Below, piece after piece: positions 15,479 to 24,707 of a DNA stretch of 51,040 bases. The stretch comes from a virus (taxonomy: Duplodnaviria > Caudoviricetes). The position numbers and the translations under genes are program-made. Numbering within the stretch: position 1 is the stretch's first letter; every line of letters starts with the position of its first letter. The stretch spans positions 1 to 51,040 of the IMG/VR virus record IMGVR_UViG_3300037424_001249; one strand, written 5' to 3'. The notes under the pieces were generated by a model. It saw only the letters and a program-made list of their open reading frames with translations. It made no database searches and had not been told where the DNA came from.

Positions 15479-15846
15479 GTGACCTTGATCAGAAGCGACT
15501 CGCGGTGTGGCGGAAGTCTTATGGTGGTGTTTCCCGTGCGGCCTTTATGCTGAGGATTGACCTTGGCGACGCTGAGGCCGAAAAAGACTTGGCCCGTGTG
15601 ACTGCTACTGGGTTCGACCCGTGGGATCCGAAACACCCCGCGGAAGTCAAGACTCCGCTTGCATTCCCGCCAAAAACTGAATCTGCGAACGACGCCAGGT
15701 TTTGGACCACACGCGCCGCATGGTTCAACGCTCGCGCGGCCAAGGTGAACGCTGAGGAGAAGTTGACCAAGGAGGACGAAGACACCTCGGGGCTGATGGG
15801 GACCCTAAAGCAGATCCGCTCAGAAGGTGTTAAGGTCGACCCATGA
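15475..15846 (+). CDS. hypothetical protein sharing an N-terminal motif with TerS
   Basis: KRLAVWRKSYG..DLARV..GFDPW. Confidence 0.65.
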   Translation: MSDLDQKRLAVWRKSYGGVSRAAFMLRIDLGDAEAEKDLARVTATGFDPWDPKHPAEVKTPLAFPPKTESANDARFWTTRAAWFNARAAKVNAEEKLTKEDEDTSGLMGTLKQIRSEGVKVDP

Positions 15847-16484
15847 CCCCGGAAGAGTTGCATGCCAAACGCATGACCGCTTGGCGCAAGGCCTATGGGG
15901 CAAAGCCGCGGTCTGAGATCCCGCCTGGTGATCTTGAGCGGGCGGACAAGGCAGGTATAGACCCGTGGGCCTACATCTCGCTCACGGAGTTTGCGACGTC
16001 GCAAGGCGTGACCGTGGGAGCGGTGTCCAACGCTTGCCGCTCGGGTCGCCTCGAGAAGGCAGTGGTCTGGAACGAGGATCACACCAGAGTTGTCGGCGTG
16101 ATTCCAGACATCGCAGCAGTAGAATGGTCTCGGAACCGCGACCCCGCTCACGCGGATCAGGCCCCGCCATCCCCCGGCGAATCTGAATCCGAGGACAACG
16201 AGACCACCGAACTTGGTCCGGCCGCTCAAGCGAAGGTTCGGTCACTCATAGCTCAAGCGCGGCTTCACGAGCTGAAGTTGGTCAAAGAGGCTAGGCAGGT
16301 GGTACCCCTCAACGAGATGATCGACGGGGCCGGTAGGATGATCGTGGCCTACAAAACCGCAACTCTGTCGATCCCCTCGCGGTTCAAGCAAGCCGTTCCG
16401 CACCTCTCGATCGATGAGATGAGGATCCTCGAAGACCTGATCCGCGAGACGTTGACCCATCTAAACGAATGGTCCCCAAAATGA
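15843..16484 (+). CDS. terS: terminase small subunit (Nu1-like)
   Basis: HTH SLTEFATSQGVTVGAVS, coiled coil ARLHELKL, SIPSR; upstream of TerL. Confidence 0.75.
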   Translation: MTPEELHAKRMTAWRKAYGAKPRSEIPPGDLERADKAGIDPWAYISLTEFATSQGVTVGAVSNACRSGRLEKAVVWNEDHTRVVGVIPDIAAVEWSRNRDPAHADQAPPSPGESESEDNETTELGPAAQAKVRSLIAQARLHELKLVKEARQVVPLNEMIDGAGRMIVAYKTATLSIPSRFKQAVPHLSIDEMRILEDLIRETLTHLNEWSPK

Positions 16485-17083
16485 TCTCAGCTCTCTTTGT
16501 GCACAAAAACGGGGCCTACTTCGGGTTGCCTGACGTTGATCCTTGGGACGAAGAACGTGACGCGCGCCTCTACCGGGGGCCTCACCCCGTAGTCGCGCAC
16601 CCCCCATGCCAGCGATGGATCAACCTTGGCGTCATGAATTATGCTCGCTGGGGAGGTGATCACAATCGTCCGGGCAACGATGGCGGTTGTTTTAAGTCCG
16701 CTCTTGATTCCGTGCGCCGCTGGGGTGGTGTGCTGGAACACCCGGCGTATTCCAAAGCGTGGCCAACGTTCGGCCTACCTCGACCAGAGCCCGGAGGTTG
16801 GCGGGGGAACCTGTTGAATGGTTGGGTGTGTCAGGTCGAACAAGCGTGGTACGGGCACCCCGCCAGAAAACGAACCTGGCTATACGCTTGCAAGGTGACT
16901 ATCCTTCCTGAACTACAGTGGGGAGTGTTTCCGAAGCAAGACCTAAAAGCGCAAGTGTCGTGGTGTAAGAATCACACCAACCAATCCGACCCACGGAAGC
17001 GTGTGGGCAAAGACATCGCCGCAGCTACCCCAACGGCATTCCGCGATCTCCTCTTGAGCTTGGCGAGGAGCGTAGAACCATGA
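16481..17083 (+). CDS. truncated C5 cytosine methyltransferase-like protein
   Basis: VAHPPCQ (motif IV), VLEHP (VI), Q.WYGHPARKRTWL (VIII); no FxGxG motif I. Confidence 0.6.
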   Translation: MISALFVHKNGAYFGLPDVDPWDEERDARLYRGPHPVVAHPPCQRWINLGVMNYARWGGDHNRPGNDGGCFKSALDSVRRWGGVLEHPAYSKAWPTFGLPRPEPGGWRGNLLNGWVCQVEQAWYGHPARKRTWLYACKVTILPELQWGVFPKQDLKAQVSWCKNHTNQSDPRKRVGKDIAAATPTAFRDLLLSLARSVEP

Positions 17084-19083
17084 CAACCGCGCGCGAAGAC
17101 TTCCCAGAGTTGGCGACGTTTCAGGCGTTCATGGATCGCGTCAAGGCGCTTGTGTTACCACCTCCCAAGCTGACTCTCAGTCAGTGGGCGGATGAGCACT
17201 TTCAACTTTCAGCCACATCAAGTGCCCAGTCTGGAAAATGGCAATGCTTACCATACCAGCGGGAGATCATGGATTGCATCACAGACCCATCGATCGAACA
17301 AGTAACCGTAATGAAAAGTGCGCGTATCGGGTGGAGTCTTATGATTAGCGCCGCCATCGGCTACCACATCGCCCAAGAGCCCTGCCCCATCCTAGTTGTG
17401 CAGCCAACCATTGAAGATGCCAAGGGATTTTCCATCGAAACAATTACCCCCATGCTTCGTGACGTGCCTGTGTTGGCCGCAATTCACGTGCAAGATGAGG
17501 AGGGCCCGAAGGTCAAAGGGAAGCAGCGCGAGACGATTCTGTCCAAGACGTTCCCTGGCGGCGTGATCACGATGATCGGAGCCCAATCCGGATCCGGGTT
17601 TCGCCGCATTTCTCGCAGACTGGTTGCGTTTGACGAAGCAGACGCGTACCCACCTAGCGCCGGTGAAGACGGTGATCCAATCACGCTTGGGATCAAGCGT
17701 TCCGACTTCTATTGGAACCGCAAAATCCTGGTTGGGTCAACGCCCCTCACCGCCGGGATCTCCCGCGTTGAAGCGCACTTTGAGAAGGGCGATCGCAGGC
17801 GTTTTCACGTGCCTTGCCCAACGTGTGGCCACTTCGATTTCCTGGTCTTCAGCCCACGCAAGGATCTCCGCGGACACCGTATGGTTTTCAAGTCCGAAGA
17901 TCCGGACTCCGCTCATTTTGTGTGTAGCGCGAATGGTTGTAAGATCGAACATTCAAGCAAGCGAGACATGGTAGCCAAGGGCAAGTGGATTGCCGAGATG
18001 CCCACGAAGCGCCACGCGTCCTTCCACATTTGGGCTGCATACTCATACTCCCCGAATGCGTCTTGGGGTCAGTTGGTGAGAGAGTTTCTTGACGCCACCA
18101 AGGGAGGACGTGAGACGTTGCGCGTCTTTTTGAACACCGTACTAGGCGAGGTCTGGCGCGAATCTGGCGACATGCCTGATTGGGAAAAACTCATGGCCCG
18201 TCGCGAGTCGTGGGAGGTTGGGACGGTGCCCAAGGGAGTTGCGTTCTTGACGGCTGGTGTCGACGTTCAGCGCGACCGGTGGGTGTACGTTGTCCGCGGC
18301 TGGAAGGAGAACAGAGAGTCGTGGGTCGTTGACGCTGGCGTGTTGCCCGGTCGCCCGTCTAACGAAGCAGACTGGGCAGTCGTGGACATGCTCCTTGGGC
18401 GCACGTACGAGAGTGAGCAGGGGCCGATGGCAATCCGCGCCATGGCAGTGGACTCGGCTGACCAGACTCAAGATGTGTACAACTGGTGTCATCGCCACCC
18501 GAAGAATCGTGTCATGGCGATCCGCGGCACTGCTTCCCAACGCACATTGGTGGGGTCGCCCTCGGCAGTGGACCTCAAGACCAACGGGAAGAAGTTGTCG
18601 AAAGGGTATTCCTACTGGCCTGTGGGCGTCAGTATCGCGAAAACAGAATTGTACGGTTGGCTAGGGTTCGCCCGTCCTCCTGAGGGCGTGCCGCATCCAG
18701 CGGGGTACTGTCACTTTCCAGATTGGATCGGCGAAGACTTTTTCCTGCAACTCACGGCCGAACAGTTGGTCACCAGCGTTGGGAGCAACGGCCTTGCGAA
18801 ACAGGAATGGAAGATCTTGCCAGGGCGGGAGAATCACTACCTCGACACAATGGTCTACTCGCGTGCGGCGGCTTACGTCATGGGCCTTGATCGCATGAAG
18901 TTGCCCGTCGTTCCGGCGCTCCCGAAGCCCGCGCCAACTCCCGAAGCAGAGCAAGTCATCAAGGCCGAGGTTTTCAAGCAACTGGTCAACACGCCGCAAC
19001 CTCCGGCCCCAGTCAAGCCCACGACCCCGAAGCAACCCAAGACAAACTGGATCATGGGTAACCGCAAAGGATCTTGGCTCTGA
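17080..19083 (+). CDS. terL: terminase large subunit, lambda gpA family
   Basis: MKSARIGWS, FDEADAY, GSTP, VPCPTCG, TAGVDVQ, NHYLD. Confidence 0.95.
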   Translation: MTTAREDFPELATFQAFMDRVKALVLPPPKLTLSQWADEHFQLSATSSAQSGKWQCLPYQREIMDCITDPSIEQVTVMKSARIGWSLMISAAIGYHIAQEPCPILVVQPTIEDAKGFSIETITPMLRDVPVLAAIHVQDEEGPKVKGKQRETILSKTFPGGVITMIGAQSGSGFRRISRRLVAFDEADAYPPSAGEDGDPITLGIKRSDFYWNRKILVGSTPLTAGISRVEAHFEKGDRRRFHVPCPTCGHFDFLVFSPRKDLRGHRMVFKSEDPDSAHFVCSANGCKIEHSSKRDMVAKGKWIAEMPTKRHASFHIWAAYSYSPNASWGQLVREFLDATKGGRETLRVFLNTVLGEVWRESGDMPDWEKLMARRESWEVGTVPKGVAFLTAGVDVQRDRWVYVVRGWKENRESWVVDAGVLPGRPSNEADWAVVDMLLGRTYESEQGPMAIRAMAVDSADQTQDVYNWCHRHPKNRVMAIRGTASQRTLVGSPSAVDLKTNGKKLSKGYSYWPVGVSIAKTELYGWLGFARPPEGVPHPAGYCHFPDWIGEDFFLQLTAEQLVTSVGSNGLAKQEWKILPGRENHYLDTMVYSRAAAYVMGLDRMKLPVVPALPKPAPTPEAEQVIKAEVFKQLVNTPQPPAPVKPTTPKQPKTNWIMGNRKGSWL

Positions 19084-19102
19084 CACGAGGTCGTGGTAAT
19101 AG

Positions 19103-19246
19103 ATGTCGATGGTCGTACCTGAGGACAGAAAAGAGAAAATTCGCCAAGAGTACGACTCTGCTCACTGGAACCAAGAACAACTTGCGACTCGTTGGGGTTA
19201 CCCAGTTGAAGTCATCCGCTCGATCGTGCTAGAGGAACCGAAGTGA
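19103..19246 (+). CDS. small HTH protein (47 aa)
   Basis: Translated by hand: IRQEYDSAHWNQEQLATRWGYPVEVIRSIV; GTGA overlap with gpW. Confidence 0.55.
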   Translation: MSMVVPEDRKEKIRQEYDSAHWNQEQLATRWGYPVEVIRSIVLEEPK

Positions 19247-19464
19247 CAACCTGGACTTGGTCTACTCTCGAGATCACCACCCTTCGCACAGCGATCGCTA
19301 GCGGTGTGCTAACTGTTTCGTATTCCGGTCCACCGGCGCGAACCGTGACCTACCAGAGCCTGGACGCCATGCGCCGACTCTTGACGGAGATGATCTCCAC
19401 GAACAACGGCTCTGACGGGACTCGCCGCAGCTACCGCGTGGGCGCGATCAACAAGGATCTGTGA
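19243..19464 (+). CDS. gpW-like head-tail joining protein
   Basis: LRTAIASGVLTVSY..RTVTYQSLDAMRR; between TerL and portal. Confidence 0.85.
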   Translation: MTTWTWSTLEITTLRTAIASGVLTVSYSGPPARTVTYQSLDAMRRLLTEMISTNNGSDGTRRSYRVGAINKDL

Positions 19465-20960
19465 TGAGCAATTGGCTCGATCGCGTTGCGCTTGCAGTGA
19501 GCCCCTCGTGGGGCGCGAACCGTCTGAAGTCGCGATTGCTCGCCCGTCATTACGAGGGCGCGGCACCAGGGCGACGCACTGAGAATTGGCGTAGGAACGC
19601 CGGCGACGCAAACGCGAACCTGACCAGCGGAGCGATCGAACTGCGCATGCATGCTCGCGACCTCGCCCGAAACAACGGCTACGCTCAGCGCGCGTTGAAC
19701 GTCGTGACGAACAATACGATCGGTTGGGGCGTCGTTCCCAAGGCCACGCGCTCCACCCCGGAGGTTCGGGCGAAGGCAGCGGAGTTGTGGGATCGGTGGG
19801 CCAACACGACCGAGTGTGAATCAGAAGGCCGGATGACGTTTGCCGCGATCCAGCGCCTCGCCATGCGATCGGTCGCGGAGTCGGGTGAGGTCTTGATCCG
19901 AAGGCGTTGGAGGCGCGCGAAAGACGCTCTGTCCTTGCCCCTCCAACTCCAGGTGCTCGAGGCGGATTACCTTGACTCTGGCCGAACCGGGTTCACTGGC
20001 CCATCAGGCGGTCCCACGATCCAGGGCATTGAATACGATCTTCTTGGGCGCCGCACTGCCTACTGGCTCTTCAGTCAGCACCCTGGCTCGACCCTGATCC
20101 TGAACAACAATGCCACGTCAAGGCGGGTTCCTGCTGAGGACATCGCTCACGTGTTTCTACCCGAACGCCCTGGCCAGTCGCGCGGTGTGAGTTGGCTCGC
20201 GCGCGCAGTGGTCAACATGAAGGACCTCGACGAGCTTGATGACGCGGAGCTCGTGAGCGCGAAGATCGCAAGCTGCTTTGCCGCGTTCGTGACCGACACC
20301 GACGGAATGGGCGCCGCAATCGGGGCGACCGAGGCAGCACCAAACGATTTGGTAGAGACCTTGACGCCAGGCATGATCGTTCCCCTTCCTCCTGGGAAAC
20401 AGGTCACGTTCGGACAACCCCCCGCGACTCGCCCCGACACTCTCAGCATTCGAACGTTGCGCCGCGTGGCTGTTGGAATGGGAATCACATACGAAGACTT
20501 GTCCGGTGACTTCTCGCAGGTGAATTTCTCGAGCGCGCGCATGGCGCGAATTGCCCACCAAGGCAACGTAGATTCGTGGCGTGAATTCATGGTTATTCCT
20601 CAGCTCTGTCAGCCAATTTGGGATTGGGCCATGGAAGGCGCCGTTGCCTCTGGCGAGCTGCCGGAAGCCCCGGGAGCGAAGTGGACCGCTCCACCTCTCG
20701 CGTTGATCGAGCCCGACAAAGAGGGCCTGAGCCTGCAACGGCTCGTCCGAATCGGCGCCATGACTCCAAGCGAAATGGTTAGGGAACAAGGTCACGACCC
20801 CGAAGCGCACTGGGCAGAATACGCGGCAGACATGGCGATGCTTGACACCCTGAAACTGGATCTCGATTCTGACGTGCGCCGAGTCTCTCAAGCCGGCCTT
20901 ACACAGCAGCGCGTTGGGGCTCAACCCAAACCCGTTGACACCACACCCCCAAGCGAGTAG
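19464..20960 (+). CDS. portal protein, lambda family
   Basis: ARDLARNNGYA, LQVLEADYL, GQSRGVSW, LSGDFSQVNFSSAR. Confidence 0.95.
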   Translation: MSNWLDRVALAVSPSWGANRLKSRLLARHYEGAAPGRRTENWRRNAGDANANLTSGAIELRMHARDLARNNGYAQRALNVVTNNTIGWGVVPKATRSTPEVRAKAAELWDRWANTTECESEGRMTFAAIQRLAMRSVAESGEVLIRRRWRRAKDALSLPLQLQVLEADYLDSGRTGFTGPSGGPTIQGIEYDLLGRRTAYWLFSQHPGSTLILNNNATSRRVPAEDIAHVFLPERPGQSRGVSWLARAVVNMKDLDELDDAELVSAKIASCFAAFVTDTDGMGAAIGATEAAPNDLVETLTPGMIVPLPPGKQVTFGQPPATRPDTLSIRTLRRVAVGMGITYEDLSGDFSQVNFSSARMARIAHQGNVDSWREFMVIPQLCQPIWDWAMEGAVASGELPEAPGAKWTAPPLALIEPDKEGLSLQRLVRIGAMTPSEMVREQGHDPEAHWAEYAADMAMLDTLKLDLDSDVRRVSQAGLTQQRVGAQPKPVDTTPPSE

Positions 20961-20969
20961 GTCTGCACT

Positions 20970-21254
20970 ATGGTCAAAGATTTCTATCAGGCCGTTGACG
21001 TTGCGGCGGGAGGCTGGATCGAGGTCCCGATGGGCGATGTCCTTGACGGGCAAGGCGTGAACAACAATTCCGGTGTGGCCTGCGAAGTGTCATTTGACGC
21101 CGGAGTCACTTCGCTTGCTCTTCGTGCCACGGGCCCCACTTCTGCTCTGACCTGGGAATCCCATGCGCGATCCACAGTGTGGGTCAAGCGCACGGCGGGC
21201 ACAGGCGGTGGACCGCTGATCGTTGACGTGTACGGTTGGAGGGAATTGCGATGA
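20970..21254 (+). CDS. hypothetical beta-rich virion-associated protein
   Basis: Follows TTGACA-N17-TAGGTC-N6-ATG. Confidence 0.6.
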   Translation: MVKDFYQAVDVAAGGWIEVPMGDVLDGQGVNNNSGVACEVSFDAGVTSLALRATGPTSALTWESHARSTVWVKRTAGTGGGPLIVDVYGWRELR

Positions 21255-21733
21255 GGTTTCTCGGAGTAGCATCCCCAGCGGCCGGCGCAGTTGCAGTTAC
21301 ACCAGTTGGTGGAATTTCGTCAACCGATGTGCAGGGGGCGTTGGCCGAGCTCGACACCGAGAAAGCCACAGACTCCGCTGTTGTCCACGACACTGGAGCT
21401 GAGTCGATCTCGGGAGCCAAGCGTGGTACCGCCGCGGTCCTGACCTCTACCAGCGCTTCGATTGCGGTGGACCTCGCGCTGGCCAACAACTTCACCCACA
21501 CGACCTCAGAGGACACGACGCTCGCGAACCCCTCTAACGTCGTGGCGACGCAGGCGGGGCACATCGTTGTGACTCAGGGCGCGACCGCCCGGACCCTCGC
21601 GTTCGGGTCGCAGTGGAAGCCGATCAGCGGCGCACAGCCCGCGCTCACCCCGACCACAGGCGCGGTCGATTTGATTTCGTACCTGGTCGTGGACTCAACC
21701 CACGTCCTCTACTCTGTAGCGCCAGGGTACTGA
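21251..21733 (+). CDS. putative virion structural or fibre-type protein
   Basis: STDVQGALAELD repeat-like motif, then TLANPSN..QGATARTLAFGSQW..AVDLISY. Confidence 0.7.
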   Translation: MRFLGVASPAAGAVAVTPVGGISSTDVQGALAELDTEKATDSAVVHDTGAESISGAKRGTAAVLTSTSASIAVDLALANNFTHTTSEDTTLANPSNVVATQAGHIVVTQGATARTLAFGSQWKPISGAQPALTPTTGAVDLISYLVVDSTHVLYSVAPGY

Positions 21734-21735
21734 GC

Positions 21736-22374
21736 ATGCTCGGAGGACTCCCACATCTGTTGACGCGCTCTAGTCTGCGCAATGGGTTGGTTCACTACTG
21801 GGGCCTTGACGGAAACTCAGTCGACGCAATTACCGGACTTCCCAGCACTGACGCCGACGTTACCTACCCCGTGGGCAAGGTCGGGAGCGGTTGCGCCTCG
21901 TTCAACGGTACAACGTCATCTATCAAGGCAACGGTCGCTCAGCCCACCGGCTCGGCCCCATTCAGCGTGTCATTCTGGTTTTACAAAACCTCAGCAGCCA
22001 CACAGGTAATGTTCTTTAGAGGTGCCGCCTCAGGTCAGGCCCGCATTGAAATCTTCCACCTCACCGATGGGGGCGTTTACGCTGGCAACGGGGGACTCTC
22101 TCCTTGGATTGTTCCTGGGGTCGCACTGAATGCCTGGCATCACGTAGTGTTTACATATGCTACCGCCTCGGTAGGGGCACTGTATGTAGACAACGGCGCA
22201 CCCGCAACAGCGACAATGTTGCTTGATTTGAACCCCGCGCTACTTAATTTAGGCCAGGGAATTAGTATCTACCAATTGGCTGGTCAGATCGATGAGGTAG
22301 GCGTGTGGAACCGTGCTCTTACCGCGACCGAGGCCGCACAGCTCTACAACTCCGGTGTGGGTAGGAAGCCATGA
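21736..22374 (+). CDS. LamG/concanavalin A-like lectin domain protein
   Basis: GLVHYWGLDG, FSVSFWF, WHHVVFTY, LYVDN, GQIDEVGVWNRALTATE. Confidence 0.85.
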   Translation: MLGGLPHLLTRSSLRNGLVHYWGLDGNSVDAITGLPSTDADVTYPVGKVGSGCASFNGTTSSIKATVAQPTGSAPFSVSFWFYKTSAATQVMFFRGAASGQARIEIFHLTDGGVYAGNGGLSPWIVPGVALNAWHHVVFTYATASVGALYVDNGAPATATMLLDLNPALLNLGQGISIYQLAGQIDEVGVWNRALTATEAAQLYNSGVGRKP

Positions 22375-24674
22375 GCGACTTTGTTTACGACGGTACCTCC
22401 CTTCCTGGAACCAAGTCCGATTATGTGACTCGCCCAGACATTCCTGTCAGTCAACAAATAGTTGCGGCCGAGTTTAATACTGTGACAGCAGCCGTTGCAG
22501 ATCTGCGCTCAGCTACTCTGGCGGGCCAATTCCGTGGTCTGACGGACGGCGCGGCCACACTCCAAACGCGAGCGCGCGAGGGTCGTCTACAGTCACGCTA
22601 CTCTACAGGAGAGTGGCGTACTGACGTCGATCCGAACTCCCTTCACGTGCGTGACTTCGGCGCGGTCGGCGACGGAGTTACCGACGACTCGACCGCTATT
22701 CAGGCAGCCATCGCAGCCGCGCAGACCAGCGGGCAGGTGTTGTGTTTCGAGGGCCTGACCTACCGCTGTGCAAGGCCGCTGCATATTTGGCAACACTGCC
22801 GACTCATCGGAGTTGGACGGTCGCTGTACACTAAGACAAGGCTGGTGTTCCCGCTGCACTCTCCCGGTGTACTGTTGCACAGGGACACGTATTCAGTCTC
22901 CGGTGACGCTTTCGGCGCCACTATTTCTGGTATCTGTTTGGACGGAGGTACGCAGGCCAGCCGCGCCGTAGGACTACTCGGGTTCACGCGATTCCGCCTA
23001 GAGCGCGGGGCCATGCGACGGTGGGGTACCGGGGTAAGCGTGTACGGTCACGCTGTTGTGCGCGTGTCGGTCACAGGCAAGACAGGGTGGGCTTCTGGAG
23101 CCTTCGTGGCGTCACCGTCTGGCGCTACAGGCGCCATCATAGCCGATTCGACGGAGACCGGCAGTGGTGATGTCTGGTGTGACAGACTGCTTTCGGGCCC
23201 GAATATACTCGCTGGGGACACGCTCACAGTAGCCACCGCTGGTGTCACTATGAGCGTTTCCAGTGCCGCCACAGAAGTGTCTACCAACTCCAGCTCGTGG
23301 CAGATGGAGGACGTGTGGTGTGACGCTTTCAGTGTTGTCGGTATTCTGGTGAGGGGCGGCGACGCGAATGCGGGCGTCGCGCGTGATGTGGAAATTGAGA
23401 ACGCGCCCCTGGCGGTGTGGGACGATAGCTTTCTAGGCAACACGTGGGATCATGTGGTTACCGAGGGCAACACCAAAGGATTCCACGCTCCCGGATACGC
23501 ACAGACCGGACAGTTCGTTAACTGCTACTCTGAGAACAGTGTGCCCGACTTCATCGTCAGGCACAACACGATTTTGGGTGGTACGTGGGCGCTAACCAAC
23601 ACGGGCGGCTGCGCTCGAATCAACAACAGCGCCATCGCCAACGTCGAATTCCACACGCCACACACCCTTACGGCCGTGATTGGAAGCGCAGACGGAGGAA
23701 ACCAAGGTGCGCTCCTGTCCGTGGTAGACCCCACGTATGGGACGTCGTACCTGAATTACCGAAGGGACCCTTACGGGGTTACACAAGGGCATGGCGCGCG
23801 CATCTTTTTCTGGAACTCGCAGGGAGGCCCCGCCACTGCGTATGCGATTACAGCTCCTCGTACAGCTATGGGTGGCGGCGGGCAGTTTCTGGTCAGTGTT
23901 GGAGGTGTGGAGAAACTGGCCGAGCATGACGACGCACTCCTCAATTTCCCGCGCGCGCATTTTGAGAAGGGTCTGCGGCGCGAGGTCGGCTCACTGGCTG
24001 GCGTTGCTGCGCACCGGGACACCTGGGATGTCGGAAGCATCTTGTGGGATAGCGCTGCTGGAGACTCTCTAGGGTGGTTGGTAACAGAGGCCGGCACGAC
24101 AGGAGTGTATGGCTCTGCGGTCACAGCCACCGGGAACGGTACTACAACCGTGGTACTCAGCGCGCTGGATCCGCTGGTGTCAAATCAACTCCGCATCGGC
24201 GAATACCTGGTTGTTGGCACGACCCGTGTGCGTGTCGAAGCGTATGAAGACCTAGCTCTGTCGTTCACCGCCAGCGCCCCAGTCCCTGCCGGGAGTGGTC
24301 TCCCCGTAGCGTACGCCCCGCCGACGTTCGCGCCACTGATCCGACCTTCCCACCGCACGCTTGCGGTCACGGACGTTGCGGTCAACATGCCCGCCGGCTC
24401 CGCGGACCTGCTTCGCCTCGACCTGACCTCGGCCGCTCCTCTCACGTTCACCGCCGCACCCACGCTGGTCAAGGCCTCGGTCCAGGGCGCTGGCTCGGAA
24501 GTCACGTTGACCAACGTGGGCGCCAATGCCATTACACTTTCTGACCACGGTACGCTTTCAGGCTCCGCGTTGCACTTGTCTACCGCGACCTTTGCAATGG
24601 CCACTGGCGATAGTCTTAAGCTTGTCATTGACTCGCTCGGAGAGTTTCATGAGTCCTGGCGCATTGTGGTTTGA
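22371..24674 (+). CDS. tailspike-like beta-helix (pectate lyase 3-like) protein
   Basis: VRDFGAVGDGVTDDSTAIQAAI followed by a beta-helix-like region. Confidence 0.8.
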   Translation: MSDFVYDGTSLPGTKSDYVTRPDIPVSQQIVAAEFNTVTAAVADLRSATLAGQFRGLTDGAATLQTRAREGRLQSRYSTGEWRTDVDPNSLHVRDFGAVGDGVTDDSTAIQAAIAAAQTSGQVLCFEGLTYRCARPLHIWQHCRLIGVGRSLYTKTRLVFPLHSPGVLLHRDTYSVSGDAFGATISGICLDGGTQASRAVGLLGFTRFRLERGAMRRWGTGVSVYGHAVVRVSVTGKTGWASGAFVASPSGATGAIIADSTETGSGDVWCDRLLSGPNILAGDTLTVATAGVTMSVSSAATEVSTNSSSWQMEDVWCDAFSVVGILVRGGDANAGVARDVEIENAPLAVWDDSFLGNTWDHVVTEGNTKGFHAPGYAQTGQFVNCYSENSVPDFIVRHNTILGGTWALTNTGGCARINNSAIANVEFHTPHTLTAVIGSADGGNQGALLSVVDPTYGTSYLNYRRDPYGVTQGHGARIFFWNSQGGPATAYAITAPRTAMGGGGQFLVSVGGVEKLAEHDDALLNFPRAHFEKGLRREVGSLAGVAAHRDTWDVGSILWDSAAGDSLGWLVTEAGTTGVYGSAVTATGNGTTTVVLSALDPLVSNQLRIGEYLVVGTTRVRVEAYEDLALSFTASAPVPAGSGLPVAYAPPTFAPLIRPSHRTLAVTDVAVNMPAGSADLLRLDLTSAAPLTFTAAPTLVKASVQGAGSEVTLTNVGANAITLSDHGTLSGSALHLSTATFAMATGDSLKLVIDSLGEFHESWRIVV

Positions 24675-24707
24675 CACGCCGAGTGGCACTTGATAGAGGA
24701 TTAGACC

